From Candidatus Parcubacteria bacterium (GTDB lineage Bacteria; Patescibacteriota; Patescibacteriia; UBA1558; GWA2-36-10), in NCBI GenBank assembly GCA_018669975.1, contig JABHSK010000005.1:57123-121122 (forward strand): 64,000 bases of DNA, given 5' to 3'. Every line of letters starts with the position of its first letter. Position 1 is the stretch's first letter. The notes below the pieces were generated by a model. It did no database searches and had not been told where the DNA came from. It saw nothing but the letters and a program-made list of their open reading frames with translations. Of the stretch, positions 12,323 to 22,230 are shown in pieces. The translations under genes were made by a program, and so were the position numbers.

Positions 12323-13009
12323 ATGGCTAAAACAAGCAAAAGATTAAAAGAGGCACAAGCTAAAATTGATAATGAGAAAAAATATACTGCTGATGAAGGA
12401 ATTAAATTAGTTAAGGAAACTTCTCAGGTCAAATTTGACGCCTCAGTAGAAGTTCATGTCCGATTAGGCATTGATCCCAAGAAGGGTGATCAAATCGTTA
12501 GAAACTCAGTTATTTTACCTCACGGCACCGGTAAAACTATTAAGGTAGCAGCCTTTGTGCCAGAAGATAGAGCTAAAGAAGCTAAGGATGCTGGAGCAGA
12601 TGTAGTTGGCTCTGAAGAATTAATTGAATCAATCAAGAAGACTGGCAAAACTGATTTTGATATAGCAGTTACCATTCCTGAAATGATGAAGAATCTGGCT
12701 GTTATTGCTAAGATTTTAGGTCAAAAAGGTTTAATGCCAAATCCTAAAACTGGTACTATTGGTCCTGACCTGACCAAAATGATTGAAGAGCTTAAGAAAG
12801 GTAAGGTGTCCTATAAGAATGATGCTACTGCTAATCTACATATAACTATTGGTAAAGTATCATTTGAAGATAAGCAATTGATTGAAAATTTAGAAAAGTT
12901 TACAGATTCTCTGAAGAAATCAAAACCACAATCTTTAAAGGGAACATTTATTAAATCTCTTTATTTGACATCTTCTATGGGACCTAGTATTAAAATAGTT
13001 GTTAACTAA
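12323..13009 (+). CDS. rplA: 50S ribosomal protein L1
   Basis: MAKTSKRLKEAQAKIDNEKKYT...VRLGIDPKKGDQIVR; start chosen at the conserved MAK. Confidence 0.9.
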   Translation: MAKTSKRLKEAQAKIDNEKKYTADEGIKLVKETSQVKFDASVEVHVRLGIDPKKGDQIVRNSVILPHGTGKTIKVAAFVPEDRAKEAKDAGADVVGSEELIESIKKTGKTDFDIAVTIPEMMKNLAVIAKILGQKGLMPNPKTGTIGPDLTKMIEELKKGKVSYKNDATANLHITIGKVSFEDKQLIENLEKFTDSLKKSKPQSLKGTFIKSLYLTSSMGPSIKIVVN

Positions 13010-13023
13010 AATATTCACATTAA

Positions 13024-13055
13024 ACACGCCGCCCGAATGGGCGGCGTGTTTTTTA
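13024..13055 (+). terminator. intrinsic terminator ending the L11-L1 operon
   Basis: acacgccgccc-gaat-gggcggcgtgt hairpin (11 bp GC-rich) plus TTTTTT. Confidence 0.8.
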
Positions 13056-13369
13056 ATAAAGAGATTTTCTTGACAAGTTTTTTTATTGTGTATACACTGA
13101 AAGTACATAATAAAAATTATGTTAAACATTAGCTTAAAAAACAACAAGTCAAAGAGCTGTAGCTGTAGTTCATTCCGCAGCGGATTTGTTGTTGTTAGCT
13201 AATTACATATTTTTTATTATTTCATAGCCTTTTTGTGGGCAAATAATTGAATATAAATAATTTTATAGTAATCAGCTATCAACTTTACGTAGATAGCTTT
13301 TTTTGTATTCAAATTATTGTTCTTTTCACTTAGGGCGGAGTTGTTCATCTTTCTCAGGAGGCGTACAAA

Positions 13370-13693
13370 ATGTACAGAGACCGTCACAAATGTCGTGGGC
13401 CCATCAGCCACGTACTTCAGGATGCCTGGAAGCAGCGCATGCAGAGTAATCCCAGTAATGACGAATTGGTTGAAATTATCAAGCAAATCGTTGTTTGGCG
13501 GGAAGAGGCTGCTGCTGAGCTTCTCAAACGTGAGTTGAGTCTTACTATTCCTCAGTTGCGGGCAGTTGTCCAAAATGTTCCGGAATGGCAGGGTAAAGCT
13601 AGTCGTTTACTTGACCGTCTGATCGGTTGGGAGGGAGACAGGCAGTTACTGGAAGATCAAGAGGATAAGCCTAAGAAGCAGGCGATTGGCTAA
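13370..13693 (+). CDS. hypothetical protein (GC-rich cassette gene)
   Basis: AGGAGG SD 9 nt upstream of the ATG; local GC clearly above background; no recognisable family. Confidence 0.45.
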   Translation: MYRDRHKCRGPISHVLQDAWKQRMQSNPSNDELVEIIKQIVVWREEAAAELLKRELSLTIPQLRAVVQNVPEWQGKASRLLDRLIGWEGDRQLLEDQEDKPKKQAIG

Positions 13694-13705
13694 GGAGGTG
13701 ATATC

Positions 13706-13906
13706 ATGGCCAAAAAAATGCCTGATCAGAACAAGGGCTTTGATCGCGATGATCTTGTAGATAGTGCTACTGGTGATGAGTTAACGAATACTCAGAGAGG
13801 ATCTGGGGAGCATGAAGCCATCTATGGTCAAGAAGATGTCAGTAATTCTGATGTTTCCTGGACAGGTAATGATGATGATAGTGTTTCGCCATTTTTCGAT
13901 GGGTAA
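13706..13906 (+). CDS. hypothetical small highly acidic protein (net charge about -11 over 66 aa)
   Basis: AAGGAGGTG SD; 12 Asp plus 4 Glu versus 5 basic residues. Confidence 0.45.
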   Translation: MAKKMPDQNKGFDRDDLVDSATGDELTNTQRGSGEHEAIYGQEDVSNSDVSWTGNDDDSVSPFFDG

Positions 13907-14011
13907 CAGTCATGGGCGGTTTGATTTTCAAATCGCCCAGTATTAGAAATAAAGCATTGATATATATTTTAACGTGTGTTAAATTGATTTTAACAATTAA
14001 TCAACAATAGT

Positions 14012-15508
14012 ATGGATTTATTAATAAAAACTAAATCAGAAGACATAATGGAGGCCGAGGTATTATTTGTGCCTGTTTTAGAAGACGAACAAGCAATAAA
14101 GAATACAATTAAAAGCTTGCAATATGATGATCAAGCATGGGTATTGGATAAAATGTCCAAAGAAAAGTTTACAGGTAAAAAAGATCAGATATTAATTATG
14201 CCCGACGATGAGCAGGTGGTGATTTTTATTGGCACCGGACAAGCTGCTAAATTGTCTGTAGAAGATTGGCGTCAGATAGCTGGACAGGTGGTTGCATATT
14301 TAAAAAGATACTCAGCTCAGAGTATAGCTATGGTAGCCTCTCATTGGCTTAAAGGTAATCAAAATGTTAGAGCTTTGACTCAGGCTATGGCAGAAGGTAT
14401 TCTATTGGCTGGTTATGATTTTGATAAATATAAAAAAGAGGATTCTAGTAAAATTAAACTAAACCTTGAAAAAGTTTTTGTCTTAGCTAAAGCCAACCAA
14501 AGAGTAAAATTAAAACAGGGTTGGCAGGTAGGTCTATGGTTAGCAGAGGGCACTATTAAAGCCAGGGACTTAGTTAATGAGCCAGCTAGTGTGATGACTC
14601 CTACTTATTTAGCTAGACAAGCTGAACAAATAGCCAAAGTTAATAAAAGTATATCAGCAAAGATTTTGGAAAAAGCCCAGGTTAAAAAAATGGGCATGAA
14701 TGCTTTTTTAGCAGTTGATCAAGGTTCTAGTCAGGTGCCAAAGTTTATTCATTTGATATACAAGCCTACTGGCCGCACTAAAGACAAAATAGCCATTGTT
14801 GGTAAAGGAGTAACTTTTGATAGCGGTGGATTAAATATAAAGACCGGAGATTCCATGGAGCAGATGAAGATAGATATGGGAGGCGCAGCCACAGTGGTGG
14901 GATTATTTTCTGTGCTAGCTCAATTAAAGCCAAAGGTGGAGGTTCATGGAGTTATTGCTGCCTGTGAGAATATGCCTTCTGGAGCTGCTATTAAGCCAGG
15001 AGATATTGTTAAGAATATGCAGGGCAAGAGCATAGAAATAGGCAACACTGATGCTGAAGGTCGAGTGACCATGGCTGATTCATTGGCCTACGCTCAAAAG
15101 CAAGGTATCAGCAAGGTGGTGGATTTAGCTACTTTAACTGGTGCTGTGATGGCAGCTTTGGGTACGGATTATGCCGGTTTATTTGCTAATGATGAAAAGC
15201 TGGCTAAAGGTCTATTGAAGGCTGGGGATGTTTCTGGTGAAAATCTTTGGTTATTACCACTACCGTTGGAATATAAGAAACTTAATCAAAGTAAAGTAGC
15301 GGATATTAAAAACATACCTAGTACTAGGTATGGAGGAGCTATTACAGCAGCTTTATTTTTGCAGGAATTTATTGAAGAGGATGTAAAGTGGGCTCATCTA
15401 GATATAGCTGCACCAGTTTATGCTGAAAAACCAATGAATAGTTATACACCTGTAGGAGGAGTTGGTTTTGGAGTGCGTACACTATTTGAGTGGCTTAATA
15501 TTTTATAG
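14012..15508 (+). CDS. pepA: leucyl aminopeptidase (M17 family)
   Basis: NTDAEGR signature (GNTDAEGRVTMAD), GKGVTFDSGG, MKIDMGGAA. Confidence 0.85.
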   Translation: MDLLIKTKSEDIMEAEVLFVPVLEDEQAIKNTIKSLQYDDQAWVLDKMSKEKFTGKKDQILIMPDDEQVVIFIGTGQAAKLSVEDWRQIAGQVVAYLKRYSAQSIAMVASHWLKGNQNVRALTQAMAEGILLAGYDFDKYKKEDSSKIKLNLEKVFVLAKANQRVKLKQGWQVGLWLAEGTIKARDLVNEPASVMTPTYLARQAEQIAKVNKSISAKILEKAQVKKMGMNAFLAVDQGSSQVPKFIHLIYKPTGRTKDKIAIVGKGVTFDSGGLNIKTGDSMEQMKIDMGGAATVVGLFSVLAQLKPKVEVHGVIAACENMPSGAAIKPGDIVKNMQGKSIEIGNTDAEGRVTMADSLAYAQKQGISKVVDLATLTGAVMAALGTDYAGLFANDEKLAKGLLKAGDVSGENLWLLPLPLEYKKLNQSKVADIKNIPSTRYGGAITAALFLQEFIEEDVKWAHLDIAAPVYAEKPMNSYTPVGGVGFGVRTLFEWLNIL

Positions 15509-15518
15509 GATATATTTT

Positions 15519-15548
15519 ACCCAGCCCCGAGAGGGGCTGGGTTTTTTT
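15519..15548 (+). terminator. intrinsic terminator after pepA
   Basis: cccagcccc-gaga-ggggctggg plus T7. Confidence 0.8.
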
Positions 15549-16101
15549 AATTGTATTTATTAGAAGCTTGTTCGAATCCTTTATCTAATAATGTTTCTAT
15601 AATCAAGTGGCTAGTATCTATGATTTCTGAAAGTTTCTTTTTTTCTTCAGAGTTAAATTTTTTTAATACAAACTCTTCGGACTTGCCTTTTTGCGGACCA
15701 ATACCCATTCTGACTCGTTTAAAATCTTTTGATTTGAGATATTTAATAACATCTTCTATACCTCTGTGTCCACCAGCACCGCGCTTCTTAGATAGTCTTA
15801 TTTTGCCAAATGGTAAATCAATGTCATCATGGATTATTATAATTTTATTAGTTGGTAATTTGTAAAAGCTTTTTAATCCCCGGACAGCTTTACCAGATTC
15901 ATTCATGTAAAGGTCAGTCTTGGCTAAAATAATTTTCTCTCTGCCACTTTGAAAATCACTAGTAAAACTATTGGCTTTTTTATTTTTCTTCCAGCTAAGA
16001 TTTTTTTTCTCCACCAAAGAATCTAGACTTAAATGTCCAAAATTATGACGGGTGTATTGGTATTCTTTGTCTGGATTTCCCAAACTAACGATTAGTTTCA
16101 T
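15547..16101 (-). CDS. pth: peptidyl-tRNA hydrolase
   Basis: MKLIVSLGNPDKEYQYTRHNFGH..., catalytic His region, IIIHDDIDLPFGKIRL. Confidence 0.9.
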   Translation of the reverse strand: MKLIVSLGNPDKEYQYTRHNFGHLSLDSLVEKKNLSWKKNKKANSFTSDFQSGREKIILAKTDLYMNESGKAVRGLKSFYKLPTNKIIIIHDDIDLPFGKIRLSKKRGAGGHRGIEDVIKYLKSKDFKRVRMGIGPQKGKSEEFVLKKFNSEEKKKLSEIIDTSHLIIETLLDKGFEQASNKYN

Positions 16102-16110
16102 AACTTAATC

Positions 16111-17472
16111 TTAATTTTTATCCTGTACATTCTGGCTTTTTTTGACATATATTTTTATAGGAACACCCAGAAAACCAAATTTATATCTTAAATTTTTCTC
16201 AATAAACCTTAGGTAAGAATCATGTAGGTCTGCCTTAAAATTTATTTTAATAGCAAATGTAGGGGGATTGGTGTGGAGTTGTCTAAGGGTATAGATATAA
16301 GGATGTTTTTCGCCTTTTCCGCGAGATGGTTTATGCCTTTTGACGATTTTTTTAAGCAATTTATCCAAGGCGTTTTCACTAATAGTACGGTTTTTCTCTT
16401 CAAATACATTTACCATGCTAGTTAACAACCTTTTAATGCGGATTTTTTCTGTAGCAGAGGTAAACAATAGAGGTGCCCAGGTAATAAAAGGGAAAAATCT
16501 TTTATAATAGTTTTCAAATTCTTGTACAGTGTCAGTTTTTTTGTCAGGAATCAAATCCCACTTGTTGGCTAAAATTATGATACCAGTGCCAACTTCATTG
16601 GCTTCCTCTATTAGATGTTTGTCTTGCCAACTCAATCTTTTACTGACATCGGTCACGAGGACAATTAGATCAGATTTTTTGATACTAAGCAGGCTTTGTT
16701 CAACGCTTTGTTTTTCAAAGGCATCTTTAGATCGCCTGCTTTGGCGACGCATACCAGCTGTATCTATTAATATTATCTTCTGTCCTTCAAAATTAAACTC
16801 AATATCTTGGGAATCTCTAGTGGTGTGTGGCGTTGAAGACACTATTACTCTTTCTTCGCCTAATATTGCATTGATAAGAGAGGATTTGCCTACGTTTGGT
16901 TTGCCAACAATAGCTACTCGAATTACTGGTATATCTTCATCGACTGATGTTTTGACTTTTTTCTTTGGTATTTTTTTTAATCTTTTAACTATTTCGTCTA
17001 ACAAGTCCCCAGTACCAACGCCACTAGCAGCAGAAACAGGCCAAGGCTTACCTAGATTTAGTTTGTAGAACTCAGCAATAGATTGACGTAGTTTATTATT
17101 ATCAGCTTTATTGGCTATCAAGAGTAGTGGTTTCTTGGCTTTTTTAAATTGTTTAGCTAACTCTATATCAGCTGGCATTAGTCCAGTCTTTGTATCTATA
17201 ACCATTAAAACAAGGTCAGCTTCATCGATTGCCAGTTTAGCTTGGTGACTAATCTGTTGGTCTATATCGTCACCAGTAGTTTTTTCCAAACCCCCAGTAT
17301 CTATCAAATCAAAATCTAAGTCCTTCCAAGAACAAAGGGTGTAGTTCCTATCTCTAGTTGTACCGGCAACCGTTGAGGTAATGGCTTTTTTACTGTTAGC
17401 CAACTTATTGAATAAAGTTGATTTACCTACATTGATTCTGCCAACAATGGCTACCTTATATAAATTAGACAT
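16111..17472 (-). CDS. der: ribosome-biogenesis GTPase Der/EngA (tandem GTPase domains plus KH-like C-terminus)
   Basis: Two P-loops, VAIVGRINVGKSTLFN and VAIVGKPNVGKSSLIN, with DTGG/DTAG motifs. Confidence 0.9.
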   Translation of the reverse strand: MSNLYKVAIVGRINVGKSTLFNKLANSKKAITSTVAGTTRDRNYTLCSWKDLDFDLIDTGGLEKTTGDDIDQQISHQAKLAIDEADLVLMVIDTKTGLMPADIELAKQFKKAKKPLLLIANKADNNKLRQSIAEFYKLNLGKPWPVSAASGVGTGDLLDEIVKRLKKIPKKKVKTSVDEDIPVIRVAIVGKPNVGKSSLINAILGEERVIVSSTPHTTRDSQDIEFNFEGQKIILIDTAGMRRQSRRSKDAFEKQSVEQSLLSIKKSDLIVLVTDVSKRLSWQDKHLIEEANEVGTGIIILANKWDLIPDKKTDTVQEFENYYKRFFPFITWAPLLFTSATEKIRIKRLLTSMVNVFEEKNRTISENALDKLLKKIVKRHKPSRGKGEKHPYIYTLRQLHTNPPTFAIKINFKADLHDSYLRFIEKNLRYKFGFLGVPIKIYVKKSQNVQDKN

Positions 17473-17474
17473 AT

Positions 17475-19073
17475 TTATTCTTCTATTATTATAGCATCAG
17501 TAGAGGAAGTTGTAGAGGCATTAAGTAAGGATGGGTCAATAGTAGCTATTATTTCTGCATCTTCTATTGGCTTATGATCCATACCTAGTACTACTAAAAA
17601 GTCCAATTTTTTTAGTTCTCCATCATCATTTTTAATGCCCCATGAGGAAGCAATAACTGAATCAGAGTATTCTAGGGGCGGTTGATTATTTACTTTGGTT
17701 TGAAATATAGATTCTAATGTTTTAGCTGTTTGTGGTTTATCTTCATTATATTGGTAAATTACGGTGGTTATCTTATCTTGAGAGACAGCATTGCCGTATC
17801 TAATAATATCAACCCCCATTTGTTCTAGATGATTGACGGCTTCTAGGGCTAGGCCAGGCACATCAGTACCATTTTGTATAACGATATTAGAATTTTCAGA
17901 GTATGATTTACCTAGATCAAAGATATTGTGAACCAGCATTTGTATTTGCTCAAAATTACCTGTTACAGGCTGTAAAATATAAGCGCCGTCAGCTTGTGCG
18001 ATGCCAGCTTTAAGGTGTCCACCTGGATTGTCATTAATTGATTGGCTAATTATCTGTTGTGTGTTAATGCCCTTAGCCATGTGTACTAGCTTAACTGCTT
18101 CCCAGGGTTCTAGGTCAGTAGTGGTATATTGATTAAATAATGAAAACAGACTGGTAATTTTTTGAGGATTTATCAGAGTATTAAAAGATGTTAATTTATC
18201 TTTAGCAGCCATGAGTATGTTTTGTTGTCTCTTGATACGGGCAAAGTCTGAGCCTTCTCCATTGTTACCGTGTCTTGAACGAGCATAGCGTAGAGCAGTT
18301 AGTCCAGGCATTATTTGTGCGCCAGCATCAAAGGAAACGGTCTGCCATTTTTCATCATAGGTTGGGAATTGTGCGTCTACAAAACTTGTAGTCACGTCGA
18401 TTTCTATACCATCAACGGCATCTATCATTTTTATGAAGCCATTAAAATCTACAGCTGCAAAATAATGTATAGGCATATCTAAAGTTTCAGACAATACTTC
18501 CTTTACTAGGGAGCCACCGCTACCAAGCTCTTGTTGTTCGCCTATAGTGTAGATGGAGTTTACTTTACGGTAATTATTTTTTTCTAGGGGCACTATCATG
18601 TCTCGTGGTACAGAAAAAACAGCAGATTGTTTGGTAGAAGGTTTAAAGCTAGCAATAATGATTGTATCAGTTAAGTATGGTCCATTGTGACCAGGTCCAC
18701 CCATACCCAATAAAACAAAGTTGATCCGATCTTCTTTTTCACCAGCTAGGTGTTTTTCTTTGCTAGAAATTATATTAGTTATTTGACGAATTAAATATCC
18801 ATTTTTTATGCCGGATAAAAAATTATTATTGTCAGAAGATAGTGTCAAACTAGATAGGCTAAACAAAATAATAAGCACTATAAAAAAGCAGGAAAATTTT
18901 TTTCTACCAGATGTTTTTCTGGTTTTCTTTCCTGATATTTTCTTCTTGGGTTTTTTTATCAAGTGGGACGCCTTGGAAGGACTATTGTCTTCTATGTGGA
19001 CATTTTGTACTGGGCGTTCAACTGATTCATTCTCCAAGAGATTTATCTTACGTTTTTTGAAATCCCTACCCAT
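17475..19073 (-). CDS. LytR-CpsA-Psr (LCP) family cell-envelope phosphotransferase, membrane-anchored, with a C-terminal LytR_C-like domain
   Basis: N-terminal TM helix; LCP core NFVLLGMGGPGHNGPYLTDTIIIASF...SVPRDMIVP. Confidence 0.8.
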   Translation of the reverse strand: MGRDFKKRKINLLENESVERPVQNVHIEDNSPSKASHLIKKPKKKISGKKTRKTSGRKKFSCFFIVLIILFSLSSLTLSSDNNNFLSGIKNGYLIRQITNIISSKEKHLAGEKEDRINFVLLGMGGPGHNGPYLTDTIIIASFKPSTKQSAVFSVPRDMIVPLEKNNYRKVNSIYTIGEQQELGSGGSLVKEVLSETLDMPIHYFAAVDFNGFIKMIDAVDGIEIDVTTSFVDAQFPTYDEKWQTVSFDAGAQIMPGLTALRYARSRHGNNGEGSDFARIKRQQNILMAAKDKLTSFNTLINPQKITSLFSLFNQYTTTDLEPWEAVKLVHMAKGINTQQIISQSINDNPGGHLKAGIAQADGAYILQPVTGNFEQIQMLVHNIFDLGKSYSENSNIVIQNGTDVPGLALEAVNHLEQMGVDIIRYGNAVSQDKITTVIYQYNEDKPQTAKTLESIFQTKVNNQPPLEYSDSVIASSWGIKNDDGELKKLDFLVVLGMDHKPIEDAEIIATIDPSLLNASTTSSTDAIIIEE

Positions 19074-19268
19074 TCAATTGTGATTTTATTCACTTATTTC
19101 TTTAAATAAAGCAAATGAATTATACTAGGAAAAGGTGTCAAAGTCAATCATTGTCTAACTGGTGGTTTTGGGTTAAAATTGCTAGATAAAATAGGCTTTT
19201 TTGCATTTGATTTTAATTATATCTTTGTGTATAATAACCCTACTGTATTATAATTTTAAACTAATTTT

Positions 19269-19937
19269 ATGGAGCAAGGTCAGGATTTAAAAAAAGAAAA
19301 CTCAGAGAAGAATTCAGCAGATGCCACACCAGATAAAGACGATTTTGATATGAGTCATTTTTCGGATGAGGATGATGAGGGTATAGTTAGTAACTGGGCT
19401 AAGAAATTCGGTCTATTAATATTTGAGGTTGTTAAAGTTGTATTAATTTCTCTAGCTATTATTTTACCAATCAGATTATTTTTGGTGCAGCCTTTTTATG
19501 TGGACGGTGCTTCAATGGAGCCAAATTTTTATAATAAAGAATATTTGATTATTGATGAGATATCTTATCGATTTAATGAACCACAACGAGGTGAAGTGGT
19601 AGTTCTGAAGAATCCAAAAGACACCAGAGTTTATTTTATAAAAAGAATTGTAGGTTTACCAGGAGAGACTGTAGAGATTAAAGATGGCAAGGTGTCTATA
19701 GATGGTAAGATTTTAAATGAGGCCTATATTGAACATTTATCTTCGCAGAGTCATGAAGCTTTGACTTTAGCAGAAAATGATTATTTTGTTATGGGTGACA
19801 ATAGGGCAAATAGTTATGATTCTAGAACAATTGGCCCGGTCAATAGAGATTATGTTATTGGTAGAGTCTGGTTCAGGGGTTGGCCTCTAGACAGGTTTAA
19901 TACTTTTAATCTGCCAATTTATGAATTTATGAATTAA
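19269..19937 (+). CDS. lepB: signal peptidase I
   Basis: TM anchor; catalytic Ser box GASMEPNF; Lys box; VMGDNRANSYDSR. Confidence 0.85.
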   Translation: MEQGQDLKKENSEKNSADATPDKDDFDMSHFSDEDDEGIVSNWAKKFGLLIFEVVKVVLISLAIILPIRLFLVQPFYVDGASMEPNFYNKEYLIIDEISYRFNEPQRGEVVVLKNPKDTRVYFIKRIVGLPGETVEIKDGKVSIDGKILNEAYIEHLSSQSHEALTLAENDYFVMGDNRANSYDSRTIGPVNRDYVIGRVWFRGWPLDRFNTFNLPIYEFMN

Positions 19938-19949
19938 TATTTAAATACT

Positions 19950-21272
19950 ATGCCAAAAATAAAGAAAGCAAAAAAATCTCGTGTCCAATTAGTTAAAGGC
20001 ATGAAAGATATCTTGGCCGATGAACAGGTTTATTGGTCTGTGATTAGGGATAAAGTAACTGAGATGGCTAAAAATTATGGTTTTTCTCGTATTGATACAC
20101 CCGTGGTTGAGTTTACCAGCCTTTTTAAAAGAACTATTGGTGAAGAAACTGATGTTGTTAGCAAAGAAATGTATTCCTTCGTTACTCAGGGTGGTGACAA
20201 ACTTTCTTTGCGTCCTGAGAATACAGCCGGAGTAGTTAGGAGTTATATAGAACACGGCATGCTTAATTTACCACAACCAGTCAAACTATTTTATATCGGA
20301 CCACAATTTCGTCATGACAAGCCTCAGGCTGGGCGATATCGTCAATTTTGGCAATTTGGTTTTGAGGCCATTGGTGATGAAGATCCAGTTGTAGATGCTC
20401 AAATGATAGTCATGTCTTACAGTATTTTGAAAGATTTAGGCTTAGATGTGGAGGTACAGATAAATAGTGTAGGGGACAGTGAGTGTAGACCACAATACTT
20501 AAAGGTGCTTAAACAGTATTACCAAGGTTATAAGAAGGAACTATGTGCGGACTGTACCAAGCGTTTTACTAAAAACACGCTTAGATTATTGGATTGTAAG
20601 AGTAAAAGATGTAAAGAATTAGCAGACGAAGCTCCTCAATTGGTAGATCATCTGTCAAGTGATTGTAAGAATCATTTTATGGCTGTTTTAGAGTATTTAG
20701 ATGAAATGGACATTAAATATAATCTAAACCCTAAGATAGTTAGAGGTTTGGATTATTATACTAGGACTGCTTGGGAAATAGTTGAGTCTGGTGAGAAAGG
20801 CAAGCTTAACGCTTTAGGTGGTGGTGGTCGTTATGATGAGCTGGTAGCTTTATTGGGTGGTCGTGAAACACCAGGGGTTGGCTTTGCCATGGGCATTGAA
20901 AGAGTTATTTTAAGCATGCAAGAAGCCAAAACAGAAATAGATAAGACTAAAAGCTGTGATGTTTATGTCGCACAGCTAGGTACTGAGGCTCGCAAGAAGA
21001 CGTTAAAACTTTTTGAGGAATTAATAAGTAAAGGTTTTAGTGTGGCTGAGAATATGTCTAAGAAGGGACTTAAGGATCAATTAGATGCAGCTAATAAAAG
21101 AGGGGCGAAATATACTTTGATATTAGGACAAAAAGAAATTGCAGATGATACAATATTGCTTAGAGATATGGAGAGTGGGGTACAGGAAGTAATTAATTTT
21201 AAAAAGATAGACAGAGAATTAACTAAGCGTTTAGAAGCTCTGCAGGTTAAGTTAGCTAAGGTTAAAAAATAG
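19950..21272 (+). CDS. hisS: histidine--tRNA ligase
   Basis: Class II motifs: RPENTAGVVRSY, FYIGPQFRHDKPQAGRYRQFWQ, GGGGRYDELV; C-terminal anticodon-binding domain. Confidence 0.9.
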   Translation: MPKIKKAKKSRVQLVKGMKDILADEQVYWSVIRDKVTEMAKNYGFSRIDTPVVEFTSLFKRTIGEETDVVSKEMYSFVTQGGDKLSLRPENTAGVVRSYIEHGMLNLPQPVKLFYIGPQFRHDKPQAGRYRQFWQFGFEAIGDEDPVVDAQMIVMSYSILKDLGLDVEVQINSVGDSECRPQYLKVLKQYYQGYKKELCADCTKRFTKNTLRLLDCKSKRCKELADEAPQLVDHLSSDCKNHFMAVLEYLDEMDIKYNLNPKIVRGLDYYTRTAWEIVESGEKGKLNALGGGGRYDELVALLGGRETPGVGFAMGIERVILSMQEAKTEIDKTKSCDVYVAQLGTEARKKTLKLFEELISKGFSVAENMSKKGLKDQLDAANKRGAKYTLILGQKEIADDTILLRDMESGVQEVINFKKIDRELTKRLEALQVKLAKVKK

Positions 21273-21430
21273 CCTTTTGGGCCTCTTAAAAAGATGTTCA
21301 ATAATACACAAGTTTAGTTATTGACTTTTGCTCTAAAATTTGTCATTATAATAGTAAGAATAATCGCCTTCGGGCATTATTCTTTGTACTGATATAATTA
21401 TTAAAAAACTATAGAAAGGGAGGTGATAGC

Positions 21431-21679
21431 GTGTTGGAGGTTAAAAGAAAGGATACAGAGTCTTTTGAAAGTTTGATTCGTAGGTTTACTAAGAAAACTA
21501 TCCAAAGCGGTAAAATTTTACAAGCCAAAAAAATTAGATTTTTTAACAAGAACAAAAGCAAAAGAGAATTGAAAGATAGTGCTTTGCGAAAACAAAAAAT
21601 CGGCGACCGTTTTGAATATATGAAAAAAATCGGCAAACTTGACGAAAGTAAGTTTAAACGTGGTAAAAAAAGAAGATAG
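21431..21679 (+). CDS. rpsU: 30S ribosomal protein S21 (GTG start)
   Basis: MLEVKRKDTESFESLIRRFTKK...RGKKRR; GGGAGGTG SD upstream of the GTG. Confidence 0.8.
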   Translation: MLEVKRKDTESFESLIRRFTKKTIQSGKILQAKKIRFFNKNKSKRELKDSALRKQKIGDRFEYMKKIGKLDESKFKRGKKRR

Positions 21680-21755
21680 TATAATCGTTAGTTTTTGTTT
21701 ACCAATATAATAAATTGGTAAACAGGCTACTAATGAGTATTAATTTCATAAATTC

Positions 21756-22199
21756 ATGTCTCTACAACAGACAATTGATGAGAATTTTAAGAAAGCCTTG
21801 AAGAATAAGGAGGAAATAAAGGTTTCTGTAATGAGGATGCTCAAGGCAGCCATCAAAAATAAATGCATTGAAGACAAGAGGGATAGTCTAGATGATAAAG
21901 ATGTTATGGCCGTTATACAAAAAGAACTCAAAAAACGAAAAGATTCAATAGAGGCTTTTGAAAAAGCAGATCGGCAAGATTTGGCAGATAAAGAGAAAAA
22001 AGAATTAGAGATTTTGGCAGAATATACGCCAGAAATGATGCCTAAAGAAGAAGTGGCAGCTATTGTGGATGAGGTGATAGCGCAAGATAAAGAAGCTAAT
22101 TTTGGACAAATTATGAAACAAGTAATGACCAAGGTGCAAGGCAAGGCCGAAGGGCAGTTGGTACAGAGTTTGGTCAAAGAAAAGTTGAACCACAATTAA
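21756..22199 (+). CDS. GatB/YqeY-domain protein
   Basis: Conserved YqeY N-terminal pattern (ENFKKALKNKEEIKVSVMRMLKAAIKN) and length. Confidence 0.7.
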   Translation: MSLQQTIDENFKKALKNKEEIKVSVMRMLKAAIKNKCIEDKRDSLDDKDVMAVIQKELKKRKDSIEAFEKADRQDLADKEKKELEILAEYTPEMMPKEEVAAIVDEVIAQDKEANFGQIMKQVMTKVQGKAEGQLVQSLVKEKLNHN

Positions 22200-22230
22200 A
22201 AAAAATATTTAAATAGTTAAAAATATCCCC

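Noticed and set aside
13217-13573. 118-aa minus-strand ORF and 73-aa plus-strand ORF 13317..13538
   Set aside because: They overlap the promoter/leader and the SD-supported gene 13370..13693; no RBS.
16529-17068. 179-aa plus-strand ORF
   Set aside because: Antisense within the der (EngA) gene; Ser/Leu-rich low-complexity translation.
21746-22195. 149-aa minus-strand ORF
   Set aside because: Antisense to the YqeY/GatB-domain gene.
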